Below, piece after piece: positions 37,934 to 46,882 of a stretch of DNA of 64,000 nt (position 1 is the first letter of the stretch; every line of letters begins with the position of its first letter). The DNA comes from Thermoplasmata archaeon. GTDB taxonomy: Archaea; Thermoplasmatota; Thermoplasmata; UBA10834. The notes under the pieces were generated by a model, which was given only the letters and a program-made list of their open reading frames with translations, did not search any database and was not told where the DNA came from. The position numbers and the translations under genes were made by a program. The DNA is taken from the NCBI GenBank assembly GCA_038852315.1, contig JAWCKF010000002.1, positions 12,840-76,839 of the forward strand, given 5' to 3'.

Positions 37934-38590
37934 TTGGAAGTCGATCTTCACATCCATTCCCACCATTCGGCCGATTCAAGGGCGAGGCCGGCAGATATCG
38001 TCGCGCGGGCAGTGGAACTCGGTCTAGGGGCAATCGCTATCACCGACCATGACTCCTGGCTGGGCGCGAGGGAGGCAACAAGACTTGCCGATGGACGTAT
38101 CCTAGTGATACCGGGAGCGGAAATCAAGACCGACAAGGGAGACGTCCTCGCACTGTTCGTAGACGAGGAGCTTCGCTCGAGAGAGTTTGCGGTCGTCATT
38201 GAAGAGATACGAAGTCGGGCCGGCGTGAGCATCATACCGCATCCCGCTGACTCACCAAGGATTACGGAACTGGAGCTCCGCCTCGCCGACGGGCTCGAAA
38301 CCTTCAACTCGACGTGCACCAAGCGAAGCAACGCCCGCGCCGCCGCACTGGCCGAAAGGCATTCGAAGCCGGGCTTCGCCTCGTCTGACGCCCACATGGT
38401 CGTGGAGATAGGCAACGGAAGGACCACGATCGAGGATTGTGAGAGTCTGGAGGAGCTTAGGCATAACATCCTGAAGAATCCCGTAATCTCCCTGAGGATG
38501 GGCTCGAACCCGCTGCTCCACCGGATGAACGAGGCGTACAACTTCGTGACGAAGGGCATTTGGAAGAAGAGGGAATCTCGCGCTCATTGA
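37934..38590 (+). CDS. PHP-domain phosphoesterase
   Basis: (M)EVDLHIHSHHSADS...AITDHDS. The apparent start is TTG. Confidence 0.75.
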   Translation: MEVDLHIHSHHSADSRARPADIVARAVELGLGAIAITDHDSWLGAREATRLADGRILVIPGAEIKTDKGDVLALFVDEELRSREFAVVIEEIRSRAGVSIIPHPADSPRITELELRLADGLETFNSTCTKRSNARAAALAERHSKPGFASSDAHMVVEIGNGRTTIEDCESLEELRHNILKNPVISLRMGSNPLLHRMNEAYNFVTKGIWKKRESRAH

Positions 38591-38605
38591 ACCCACAGCG
38601 CCAAA

Positions 38606-39595
38606 TCAGCCTCGCCTCGGAAATCTGCCTGGCGTGACGACGCCGTTTTCCGTTATGAAACCCTTGACATACTTCGCGGGTGTCACGTCGAAAGCAGGGT
38701 TGAGGGCATGAGACTCATCAGGCGCTATCCTAACCCCTTCCAGGCACAGCACCTCGTCCTCCGACCGCTCCTCGATGGGGATGCCCTTTCCCGAGCGGAT
38801 CCTCGGGTCGAACGTGCTCATGGGCGCGGCAACATAGAAAGGCACGCCGTTCTCCTTGGCGAGAACGGCCTTCTCATATGTGCCAATCTTGTTAGCGAAA
38901 TCTCCGTTCCTAGCGATCCTGTCCGCCCCGACTATTACGAGGTCGATGTCCTCCTTCAAATAGTGTCCAGCGGCGTTGTCGGAGATTATCGCGTGCTCGA
39001 TGCCCTCGTTCGCGAGTTCCCACGCGGTGAGCTTGGCACCCTGTAGCCGAGGGCGGGTCTCGTCTACATAGACGAACACCTGCTTCCCTGCCCTGTGGGC
39101 GACCCTGATGGGCGCGAGAGCGGTCCCGAAATCGACCGTAGCGAGAGCGCCTGCGTTACAATGTGTGAGTACCTTGTATCCGTCCCTGATGAGCTTCGAT
39201 CCGTGCTCGCCTATCCGACGGCACATTTCGACTATTGAATCGGCGTACGCGTCAGCGACACTGACGAGATCCTCGTCCCGCTTTGACAGCATGAAATCTA
39301 TTGCATAGAAGAGGTCGTGCGCGGTCGGCCTGGTGGCCTTTATGATCTTCGCGGCCTTGGCGAGATCGGCTCTCCTGAGCCATGCTAGTGCCATCCCGTA
39401 TGCCGCAGCGGCGCCGATTGACGGGGCGCCGCGGATGGTCATGTTGGATATGGCCTTTGCCATCTCGATGTGGTTCCTGACAGTCACAATCCTGAGCTTT
39501 CTGGGGAGGAGCCGCTGGTCAATCATCTTGACCACGTCGCGGGTCATCCATATCGCCCTGAGATCAATCTTGCCACTGGCGGTGCGCACGAGCAT
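38606..39595 (-). CDS. mtnA: Methylthioribose-1-phosphate isomerase (MtnA subgroup of the eIF-2B alpha/beta/delta family)
   Basis: MIDQRLLP...RGAPSIGAAAAYG...THCNAGALAT...GADRIARNGDFANKIGTY. The start is at MLVRT (ATG 39595). Confidence 0.8.
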   Translation of the reverse strand: MLVRTASGKIDLRAIWMTRDVVKMIDQRLLPRKLRIVTVRNHIEMAKAISNMTIRGAPSIGAAAAYGMALAWLRRADLAKAAKIIKATRPTAHDLFYAIDFMLSKRDEDLVSVADAYADSIVEMCRRIGEHGSKLIRDGYKVLTHCNAGALATVDFGTALAPIRVAHRAGKQVFVYVDETRPRLQGAKLTAWELANEGIEHAIISDNAAGHYLKEDIDLVIVGADRIARNGDFANKIGTYEKAVLAKENGVPFYVAAPMSTFDPRIRSGKGIPIEERSEDEVLCLEGVRIAPDESHALNPAFDVTPAKYVKGFITENGVVTPGRFPRRG

Positions 39596-39701
39596 ACTTC
39601 GTCTCAGAGCGAATGGGCGAGGGTGGATAAAAGTAGAAGTGGTTCGGAGTGACAAAAGACTATTAAACCGAGGGCGTATTCATCGGCGCGAAGCGACCGA
39701 A

Positions 39702-39774
39702 GGGCCCATGGTCTAGTGGTTATGACAGCGCTCTCACACAGCGCAGATCACCGGTTCAAATCCGGTTGGGCCCA
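39702..39774 (+). tRNA. tRNA-Val (anticodon CAC)
   Basis: Hand-folded cloverleaf. The acceptor is GGGCCCA/TGGGCCC. The anticodon stem is GCGCT/AGCGC with loop CTCACAC. The T-arm is ACCGG-TTCAAAT-CCGGT and the discriminator is A. CCA is not encoded. Confidence 0.9.
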
Positions 39775-39779
39775 CCTAC

Positions 39780-39796
39780 TTTTCAATCCTTGAAAA
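39780..39796 (+). terminator. T-run plus hairpin (TTTTCAA-tcc-TTGAAAA) just 3' of tRNA-Val
   Basis: A perfect 7-bp inverted repeat with a 3-nt spacer that begins with a T4 run. This is consistent with an archaeal oligo-T terminator. Confidence 0.35.
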
Positions 39797-39837
39797 GCCC
39801 GCGGGGAAGCGAAGGTGATGCAAATGATTAATATAGC

Positions 39838-40476
39838 ATGGTCGAATTGACAAATTGTGGAGTTGGCGTGTTAAAGAGAATCACTGAATACTTTGCGGCA
39901 AAGCCTAGAAGGGCCGCAGACATCGTTGTCGTTCTCGTGGTGGCATTACTCATTGTCGTCGCCGGCAACCTCTTTCAGCTACTGAATCTAGGGCGATACT
40001 TCGGGCAGCCCGAGCAGCCCTACCCTTCAGAAACGACGCCCCTGAGTCTTGTCAACAATGGGATCCGATGGGATCACCCAATCTGGTCGTTTCAGAAGGC
40101 CAGCTACAACAAAACGAAGTTCTTCTGGCGGACTGGGACTGAGGGTTGGGGGGGTCCGTTGGCCTCTGATCTTGACCAGGCCATTCTAAGCTCAGGTTCG
40201 AGTGTCACGGTCGTCAGAGAGATCGGTTCGAGGCCCACGCAATACTTTGTGAATCTTACCATATACGAATCGAGCGGGGATGGCATGCTTGATGCGGGAG
40301 ACTATGTCATCTTCAGTGGGCCGCCTCTGCAGAACGATGTCACACAAACTATTGCGCTAGCCTTTGTCGGCGGCCCTGACGAAGGGTGGGTAATCTGGGA
40401 GGTCAGTTATGCAATTCATGATGGGAAATTCTATTCCTGGTCTAGCCACACTGTTGGAACCGAGGAGTTCTGGTGA
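39838..40476 (+). CDS. Hypothetical N-terminally anchored extracytoplasmic protein with atypical (low GC3) codon usage
   Basis: 212-aa ORF. It has a TM segment (IVVVLVVALLIVVAG) and N-x-T sequons. Its third-position GC is visibly lower than in its neighbours. An alternative start is GTG 39868. Confidence 0.5.
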   Translation: MVELTNCGVGVLKRITEYFAAKPRRAADIVVVLVVALLIVVAGNLFQLLNLGRYFGQPEQPYPSETTPLSLVNNGIRWDHPIWSFQKASYNKTKFFWRTGTEGWGGPLASDLDQAILSSGSSVTVVREIGSRPTQYFVNLTIYESSGDGMLDAGDYVIFSGPPLQNDVTQTIALAFVGGPDEGWVIWEVSYAIHDGKFYSWSSHTVGTEEFW

Positions 40477-40863
40477 GTCAAAGGGATTTCTGGAGAGGCC
40501 GTCAGACCCTCGTTTCTGATACCCTTTTGGAGATGCCATGTATCTGAGTCGATGCACATGAGCTGGAGGAGCTGGTGGTTTGAGCGGTCTAAATCTGGTC
40601 GGGCCTACTCTATCTTCTCGCGAAGGGTTTCTCGTTTCAAGTCGTTCCCGCCGGCCTACGAGACGTTGAAACCAAGAAGCAACCACCAATTGTGAAGCCG
40701 AGTGAAGACTGCCCAAACAATTCAAAGATGAGAGAAGATGCTCAGGGAGTAATCAAGCTGTGTTAACGGACGATGGCCAGTCAAGTTCTCCTCGGTCACA
40801 ACAAAGAAAAGAAACACGCGCTTGCACGAGGCCATCCCCCGGCCGTCCCTCAACCGAGCAGAT

Positions 40864-42048
40864 TCATTTCTGCTTCAGAACCCTCTGACGCACGGTCACG
40901 CTCACGAGGAACTGCTCGATCTTCGTTATCCTCGAGTTTATCCGCGCGATGTTCTCCCGCAGGTCCGCGATTGCGGCAACAAGCTCCCCCGACAGATCAG
41001 GCCTCTTGAACTCGTGAGTCTTGATCTCGCCCAGCGCCCTCTCCACCGCAGCCAGACGCTCTTCTAGCTCCGGCGGGATGCGCATAAGGGCGGGCGGCGG
41101 CGGGCTCGCCCTCTCGACCTCGTACATCGACGCGACCTTCTCGAGCCGCTCGAGGCGCACCTCTAGGTCCCTTGGCAGATCGGTCGATATGTTCTTGGAG
41201 GCGGTGTCAGCTATGACCGTCAGGCCCTTGTCGATCTTCTTGTCTGTTGATGACAGAATAACAGCTAAGCCCTTGTTGATACGCTCGTCTATGGCCCTGT
41301 TGAGCTCCGATACGGTCTTCTTCATCGACTCTTCGAGCGCGGCGAGCTTCTGGTCGGCGGCCTCGACTCGCTGGATGACATCCGAAAGATCCTCCAGCTG
41401 CTTGGCCACCTCCTCCAGTACGACCCTCTCCTCGCTCTCGATACCTCCCGCCTCGGCCGCGGTCGAGTAGTTCCTGAGAGCGTCCAGCATGGCCAGCATA
41501 TCCACCTTCGGGCCTGCGGCTGCGATGGCTTCCCTTATCGGCTGGAGCTTCGCGAGCTGCTCCTCGCCTATGTTGAGGACATCCTTGTTCTCCTCCAGCG
41601 TGGCAGAGATAGCTGCGACGATCTTCTCGAGCTCCCCCACAGCCTTCGCGATGGCAGAATCCTCGACCGACCTGATGTCCCTTATGGCGTCCCTCTTCCC
41701 CCTCGAGATGGCATCGGCAACTGTGACGCCCTCGTGTGCGTAGACCGCGACGAAGTGCGTCGCCCCCTCCATCACCCGCTCCTCGATTTGTGCCCAATCC
41801 TTCTGGTTTACTGTGACCGTCTGCTTGTCCGACTTCTCGAAAAGCATGACGAAGCAGTTGTTCGGGAGAAGCGAAACCTCAATGGCCACGGGATGACACC
41901 TCGCGAGCACAGGGAGATGGTCTGGTCGCTCTTTCGCGATGGTGTTCATGTACGCGCCTATGTATGCGATGGCATAGTTCTCCAAGTTCTTCCTGGTGAA
42001 AGTGCCTGATGGGGAAGGCGCGCTGGGGGGAGGGGAGGCTGACTCCAT
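40864..42048 (-). CDS. Hypothetical protein: an N-terminal ~125-aa globular domain followed by ~270 aa predicted coiled coil
   Basis: 394 aa with native-like codon usage. The sequence is heptad-like and rich in E, K, L and A (LEESMKKTVSELNRAIDERINKG...). I recognise no catalytic motif. Confidence 0.65.
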   Translation of the reverse strand: MESASPPPSAPSPSGTFTRKNLENYAIAYIGAYMNTIAKERPDHLPVLARCHPVAIEVSLLPNNCFVMLFEKSDKQTVTVNQKDWAQIEERVMEGATHFVAVYAHEGVTVADAISRGKRDAIRDIRSVEDSAIAKAVGELEKIVAAISATLEENKDVLNIGEEQLAKLQPIREAIAAAGPKVDMLAMLDALRNYSTAAEAGGIESEERVVLEEVAKQLEDLSDVIQRVEAADQKLAALEESMKKTVSELNRAIDERINKGLAVILSSTDKKIDKGLTVIADTASKNISTDLPRDLEVRLERLEKVASMYEVERASPPPPALMRIPPELEERLAAVERALGEIKTHEFKRPDLSGELVAAIADLRENIARINSRITKIEQFLVSVTVRQRVLKQK

Positions 42049-42130
42049 GCAGACCTGTGGGTATTATCGGCTATCTCGTATTGAGCTTTTGCATCCACGA
42101 CGTCAACCGAGGGAAGCTGGGATGTCAGGC

Positions 42131-42138
42131 TTTATATA
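42131..42138. promoter_or_regulatory. Strong TATA box (TTTATATA) in the divergent intergenic region between the coiled-coil gene and the GTPase gene
   Basis: Read directly. The box is near-palindromic, so it could serve either divergent gene. Confidence 0.4.
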
Positions 42139-42301
42139 GGCCTCGCATGATATTAACAGTGGTGCGAAGCCTCCGAACCTCTGCACACTCGGAAACAATT
42201 ATGTAGCTATGGGGCAATCGCATCATCCCCACCCCATCAGATTGCTCCCAGGTCAGGCTTGTGACATCGACAGCAGTCCAACGTTAGCACAGAGGCGTTC
42301 C

Positions 42302-43126
42302 ATGAGCATAATCCAGTCGAAGCGCTACATCAAGAAGGTCGCCCTCGTGGGCGACGCCGCAGTCGGGAAGACCTCCCTGATAAGGCGGTTCGTTGTGGAC
42401 GTGTTCGACGACAAGTACGTCGCCACGATCGGCACGAAGGTCAGCAAGAGGGATATCGAGTACAAGCTGCCCGACAAGACCATCTATCTCACGCTCATGA
42501 TATGGGATATCCTGGGCCAGAAGGACTACAGGAAACTGCGCGCCCAGGGCCTGAGCGGCTCGCACGGCGTGATACTGGTCGGGGATCTGAGCAGGCCGGA
42601 CACGCTGAGGTCGATGGAGGAGTTCTGGCTGCCTGACATATGGGAGATCCTCGGGCCGCTGCCCGTCGTGTTCGTCGGCAACAAGGCTGACCTGGTCTCC
42701 GGGGACGGCGTCTCAGCCAAGATGGTCGAGGAGCTCGCGAAGAAGAACGAGATGCCCTGGATGTTGTGCAGCGCCAAGACCGGCGAGAACGTCGAACATG
42801 TCTTCAGGAAGCTGGGGGAGCTGATGCTCCAGAAGGAGTTCGGCGAGAGGAAACCCGAGTCCGAGCCTTCGTCGGCCTCGCTAGCGCAGGCAGTAGACGA
42901 CATCATAAGCGACTTCTGCGAGCAGTACGGGGACACGCCAAAGGCGATGGAGATCGTGGATCGGGAGTTCCAGAGAGCTGGTGTGAACATACACGCTCCC
43001 ACGAAGGATGCGCTACTGACCGCCATAGAGTATCTGTCGGACGTCGAGCGGGATGTACACGGCAGGGACGTCTCCGAAGTCAACAAGCTCAGGCGTTGGA
43101 AGATGATCGACGAGGCCAGTGGCTGA
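42302..43126 (+). CDS. Ras-superfamily (Rab/Ras-like) small GTPase with a ~100-aa C-terminal extension
   Basis: G1 GDAAVGKTS, G2 ATIGTK, G3 WDILGQ, G4 GNKADL, G5 CSAK. The start is at MSIIQSKRYIKKVALVG (ATG 42302; track start 42209 is possible). Confidence 0.8.
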   Translation: MSIIQSKRYIKKVALVGDAAVGKTSLIRRFVVDVFDDKYVATIGTKVSKRDIEYKLPDKTIYLTLMIWDILGQKDYRKLRAQGLSGSHGVILVGDLSRPDTLRSMEEFWLPDIWEILGPLPVVFVGNKADLVSGDGVSAKMVEELAKKNEMPWMLCSAKTGENVEHVFRKLGELMLQKEFGERKPESEPSSASLAQAVDDIISDFCEQYGDTPKAMEIVDREFQRAGVNIHAPTKDALLTAIEYLSDVERDVHGRDVSEVNKLRRWKMIDEASG

Positions 43127-43140
43127 GCTGGGTATCTGAG

Positions 43141-43737
43141 ATGAAGCGCAAGGAGCTTGAGATGATACTTCAGGGGCTTGCGCCCTTCGGGGAGCGCGAC
43201 CCCAGACTTGAACAGTACGCCACACCAGCGGACATCGCCGCTGATCTGCTCTGGGAGGCACTGATGAGGGGCGACATCTCTGGAAGGACCGTGATGGACC
43301 TCGGGTGCGGGAACGGCATCTTGTCCATCGGCGCGAAGCTGCTTGGCGCGCGCGAGGTTTCGGGCGTGGACATCGACCCGAAGGCAGTCAAGGTGGCGAT
43401 GGAGAACGCCGCTGCGAAGGGGCTCGAGATAAGCTACAGGCAGGGGAGCGTCACGACAGTGAAGGGGTCGTTCGACACGGTTGTGCAGAATCCGCCATTC
43501 GGGGCACAGAAAAGGAGCGCCGACAGGGCCTTCATAGCGAAGTCCATAGAGATCGCGCCGAGGGTGTACTCTCTACACAATGCCATCACGGAGGATTTCG
43601 TCGTCAAGATGGTCGAGTCGCTGGGCGCGAGATGCGAGCCAGTCAAAAGGTTTAAATTCGAGATTCCATATGCGTTCGACTTCCACAGGAAACCGAAAGA
43701 GCACTTCTCGATGGTTCTGCTGAGGTTTGAGAGATAG
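43141..43737 (+). CDS. METTL5-like class I SAM-dependent (N6-adenine-type) RNA methyltransferase
   Basis: The SAM-binding motif is VMDLGCGNGILS and the catalytic motif is NPPFG. ATG 43141; track ORF 42766..43737 is over-extended. Confidence 0.8.
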   Translation: MKRKELEMILQGLAPFGERDPRLEQYATPADIAADLLWEALMRGDISGRTVMDLGCGNGILSIGAKLLGAREVSGVDIDPKAVKVAMENAAAKGLEISYRQGSVTTVKGSFDTVVQNPPFGAQKRSADRAFIAKSIEIAPRVYSLHNAITEDFVVKMVESLGARCEPVKRFKFEIPYAFDFHRKPKEHFSMVLLRFER

Positions 43738-44310
43738 GTGATCATACTGGCCAAGACAGGTCGAAAGGTCCTGCCCGGAGACGAGGTCGCCATAGCCGAG
43801 GAGTACATGTCGGGCGAGGGGACCTACGAGCACGACGGGAAGATATACGCGAGCGCGGTGGGGGAGCTCGACCTCGACCCGAAGGAGAAGGTCGCGAAGG
43901 TCGTCCTAGACAACCCGCCGGTGGTACTCCAGGAGGGCGACGTGGTCCTCGCCGAGGTGACGGACACGAAGCCGGCGATGGCGATTTGCACCATCATCGC
44001 CCAGGAAGGTAGGGAGAGGGCGGTGTCCAGCGAGACCCTGGCATCCGTTCACGTGTCGAAGATAGCCAGCTCGTACGTGGAGGACCCGGGCGACGTCATG
44101 CGGCCGGGCGACCTCATAAGGGCGGTCGTCATACAGGCGGAGCCGTCTGTCCAGCTGTCGACCGCGGGGCCCCACTACGGCGTCGTGAGGGCGCTCTGCT
44201 CGAGGTGCAGGTCGCCCCTGGAGCGCAGGGGCAGGGGACTTTACTGCGACAGGTGTGACAGGACCGAGAACAGGAAGCTTGCGGACGACTACCGCAACTT
44301 CTCGCTGTGA
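43738..44310 (+). CDS. csl4: Exosome RNA-binding subunit Csl4
   Basis: It has an S1-like core and a C-terminal zinc ribbon (CSRCRSPL...YCDRCD). The GTG start abuts the upstream stop. Confidence 0.85.
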   Translation: MIILAKTGRKVLPGDEVAIAEEYMSGEGTYEHDGKIYASAVGELDLDPKEKVAKVVLDNPPVVLQEGDVVLAEVTDTKPAMAICTIIAQEGRERAVSSETLASVHVSKIASSYVEDPGDVMRPGDLIRAVVIQAEPSVQLSTAGPHYGVVRALCSRCRSPLERRGRGLYCDRCDRTENRKLADDYRNFSL

Positions 44311-44367
44311 CATGCAAAGGCTTAACTTCGTGTATGCGGATAGACAGCCAGCAGAAGGGGGGCGGCA

Positions 44368-44544
44368 TTGGCAGACGAAAAGGAACTGCTCGCTGAGATC
44401 GCTCGGCTCAGGGAGGACGTGAGGCAGCTGCGAGAGATAGTGAACGTGCTGGTGAACGTCGTCATGGAGGAGGACTTCGAGGAGGAAGAGCCGGAGTTCC
44501 CCTCGTACCCGAACAGCGAGAACAGGTTCAACATCCTGAACTGA
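44368..44544 (+). CDS. Unannotated 58-aa small protein (amphipathic helix plus acidic tail)
   Basis: My own translation: (M)ADEKELLAEIARLREDVRQLREIVNVLVNVVMEEDFEEEEPEFPSYPNSENRFNILN*. The start is TTG, preceded by aagggggg (SD-like). About 86% of third positions are G/C by my count, matching native genes. It falls below the 60-aa track cutoff. Track ORF 44322..44534- is its Ser-rich antisense shadow. Confidence 0.5.
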   Translation: MADEKELLAEIARLREDVRQLREIVNVLVNVVMEEDFEEEEPEFPSYPNSENRFNILN

Positions 44545-44598
44545 AGGCCTCGCCGCGCAGCATTTGCAGGAAAACCCTATTCGATCAGGGGACGGCAG

Positions 44599-45810
44599 AT
44601 GAGGAACAGCTATTTCCTAGAGGCCATGCGCGCACAGGAGAAGTGGAGGGTCGAGGAATCGATCAACCTCCTGCCGTCCGAGAACATGAGCAGCCCTCAG
44701 GTCAGGGCGCTCCTGGCATCGGACTTCGGCAACAGATACACCCTCCCCGTGAACGCCGAGTACGCAGGCGAGTACCTGGAGAACAGCTACAGAGGCACGA
44801 AGATAACGACCGAGGTGGAGCTGAAGGCTGAAGAGGTCGCCAGGGAGGTCTTCGGAGCGAAGTACGCCTGCGTTCAACCTCTGTCAGGGCATATCGCGGC
44901 CATGATAGCGATAGTGTCGACAACCTCAAGGGGCGACACCATGTGCGCAGTACCCCCTGAGCACGGTGGCTACGACGGATACGCCCAACCGTATATACCA
45001 GACATACTCGGTCTGAGGTCTTTCGCCCTGCCGTTCGACTTGCCGAGATACAACATGGACTCTGAAAAGGCCGCCGTCATGATCCGCAAGAAGAAGCCCA
45101 AGCTCGTCATCGCTGGCGCGTCGTTCATACTGTTCCCCTACGACCTCGGTCCCGTGAGGGAGGCGTGCAGGGCAGTCGGGGCTACGCTCGCTTACGACGG
45201 CTCCCATGTTTTGGGGCTCATCGCCGGAGGGCAGTTCCAGCGGCCTCTCAAGGAGGGTGCGGACATCCTGTACGGCTCGACCCACAAGAGCTTCTTCGGC
45301 CCTCAGGGAGGCATCGTGCTGACCGACAGCGAGCATCTAGACTCCGCCGTCAGGAAGAACCTGACCTGGAGGATATTGGACAACGCCCATTGGAACAGGG
45401 TCGCCGCGCTGGGGCAGGCGCTCCTCGAGATGCGGAGGTTCGGGGAGGCGTACGCAAGACAGGTCGTGAAGAACGCCCAGAGACTCGGGAAGGAGCTGAG
45501 CGAGCGCGGTCTTCCGATCATGTTCGAGGAGTTGGGGTTCACGAGATCCCACCAGCTGTTGATGGACATCCGGAAGCTAAGGGCGGCCTACGGCGTGGGC
45601 ATAAACGATTTCTCTGTCAGGCTGGAAAGGTCTAACATAATAATCGATTCTGTCGGGAGGCTGGGAACGGCCGAGGTGACCCGCATCGGGGTCAAGGAAA
45701 GGGACATGCCTGAGCTTGCAGACATTCTCATGGAGGCTGCGAAGGGCAAGAATGTCAAGAACGAGGTCAAAGCCTTCAGGAAGAGATTCAGCATACAGTA
45801 CGCCTTCTGA
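44599..45810 (+). CDS. glyA: Serine hydroxymethyltransferase family protein (divergent archaeal type)
   Basis: INLLPSENMSSPQV...the PLP-lysine context is YGSTHKSFFGPQGG. Confidence 0.8.
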   Translation: MRNSYFLEAMRAQEKWRVEESINLLPSENMSSPQVRALLASDFGNRYTLPVNAEYAGEYLENSYRGTKITTEVELKAEEVAREVFGAKYACVQPLSGHIAAMIAIVSTTSRGDTMCAVPPEHGGYDGYAQPYIPDILGLRSFALPFDLPRYNMDSEKAAVMIRKKKPKLVIAGASFILFPYDLGPVREACRAVGATLAYDGSHVLGLIAGGQFQRPLKEGADILYGSTHKSFFGPQGGIVLTDSEHLDSAVRKNLTWRILDNAHWNRVAALGQALLEMRRFGEAYARQVVKNAQRLGKELSERGLPIMFEELGFTRSHQLLMDIRKLRAAYGVGINDFSVRLERSNIIIDSVGRLGTAEVTRIGVKERDMPELADILMEAAKGKNVKNEVKAFRKRFSIQYAF

Positions 45811-45847
45811 AAGCTCTGTCGCGCTGGCCGTAGCCGGCCTGAAACCC

Positions 45848-45855
45848 ATTAATAT
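45848..45855 (+). promoter_or_regulatory. TATA box (ATTAATAT) for the E1-like gene
   Basis: It is centred about 26 nt upstream of TTG 45878. Confidence 0.4.
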
Positions 45856-45877
45856 CACGCCTCCCTATTCTCCCGCG

Positions 45878-46882
45878 TTGAAGGAGAGCAGGTATTCAAG
45901 GCAGACGCTGCTGCCAGAGATAGGTCCTGCGGGCCAGAAGAAGCTCGGCAGGAGCACGGCTGTCGTGATAGGCTGCGGGGCGCTCGGAACGCACGCCCTT
46001 TCATTCCTCGTGAGAGCTGGCGTGGGAAAGGTGCGTGTCGTCGACAGGGACGTGATAGAGGAGTCGAACCTCCAGCGTCAGACTCTCTTCTCTGAGAAGG
46101 ACATAGGACGCGCGAAGGCGAAGGTCGCGGAGGAGCATCTCAGAGCCGTCAACTCTGAGATCCATATCGAGGGGCTAGTGGCGGATGTGTCCTTCGCGAA
46201 CATACAAAGCATCGTAAGAGACGCGACCGTCGTCGTCGACGCCACTGACAACATGGATACGAGGTTCCTCGTGAACGACGCGTGCGTCAAGCTCGGGATA
46301 CCTTGGGTATATGGCGGAGCGGTCGGCACGACGGGCATGGTCATGCCGATCGTTCCAGGAGGGCCATGCCTGAGGTGCGTCTTCGTCTCCCCACCTCCTC
46401 CCGGCGAACTGCCCACATGCGACACCGTGGGGATCATCAACACGCTCCCGAGCGTGATAGCCTCGCTCGAGGTCACCGAGGCGTTCAAGATCATGCTGGG
46501 CAAGGAGCCGCTGAAGGAGCTCATGTTCGTTGATGTCTGGCAGGGAGAGATACAGCACATCAGAGTGATGAGGAATCCCGAATGCGAGTGTTGCGGGAAG
46601 CGCAACTTCGAGTTCCTCCAGGCGAAAAGGAGGAAGCTCGTTGCGTCACTGTGCGGCAGGAACGCTGTCCAGATAGTGCCCTCGAGGCCGCTAAGGGGCG
46701 GACTCGAACCTCTTCGGAAGAAGCTCTCGAAGCTAGGCAGAACGGAGACGGTCGACGGCCTCCTCAGGTTTAGGGACGGCAAGGTCGACCTGACCGTGTT
46801 CCCGGACGGCAGGACGATAGTGGCGAACACGACGGACATCGCAAAGGCGAAGACCGTGTTCTCGAAATACGTCGGTGATTGA
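45878..46882 (+). CDS. ThiF/MoeB/HesA-family E1-like adenylyltransferase with a ~100-aa C-terminal extension
   Basis: (M)KESRYSRQTLLPEIG...VVIGCGALGTH (nucleotide loop), plus two CxxC pairs (CLRC, CECC). Track ORF 45716..46882 overlaps glyA, so I prefer the TTG at 45878. Confidence 0.8.
   Translation: MKESRYSRQTLLPEIGPAGQKKLGRSTAVVIGCGALGTHALSFLVRAGVGKVRVVDRDVIEESNLQRQTLFSEKDIGRAKAKVAEEHLRAVNSEIHIEGLVADVSFANIQSIVRDATVVVDATDNMDTRFLVNDACVKLGIPWVYGGAVGTTGMVMPIVPGGPCLRCVFVSPPPPGELPTCDTVGIINTLPSVIASLEVTEAFKIMLGKEPLKELMFVDVWQGEIQHIRVMRNPECECCGKRNFEFLQAKRRKLVASLCGRNAVQIVPSRPLRGGLEPLRKKLSKLGRTETVDGLLRFRDGKVDLTVFPDGRTIVANTTDIAKAKTVFSKYVGD

Noticed and set aside
40357-41009. ORFs 40357..40725 - (122 aa) and 40773..41009 + (78 aa) in the long gap after the low-GC ORF; I considered a possible integrase remnant.
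   Set aside because: The translations show no recombinase motifs (no R..HxxR..Y pattern). The composition is Pro/Arg/Ser-rich and shadow-like, and one ORF overlaps the 3' end of the coiled-coil gene.
45878-46882. The idea that the C-terminus of the E1-like protein is a fused ubiquitin-like (beta-grasp, ..GG) domain.
   Set aside because: The protein ends in ...SKYVGD, not in a di-glycine. I cannot verify a beta-grasp fold from sequence alone. It is kept only as something to test structurally.
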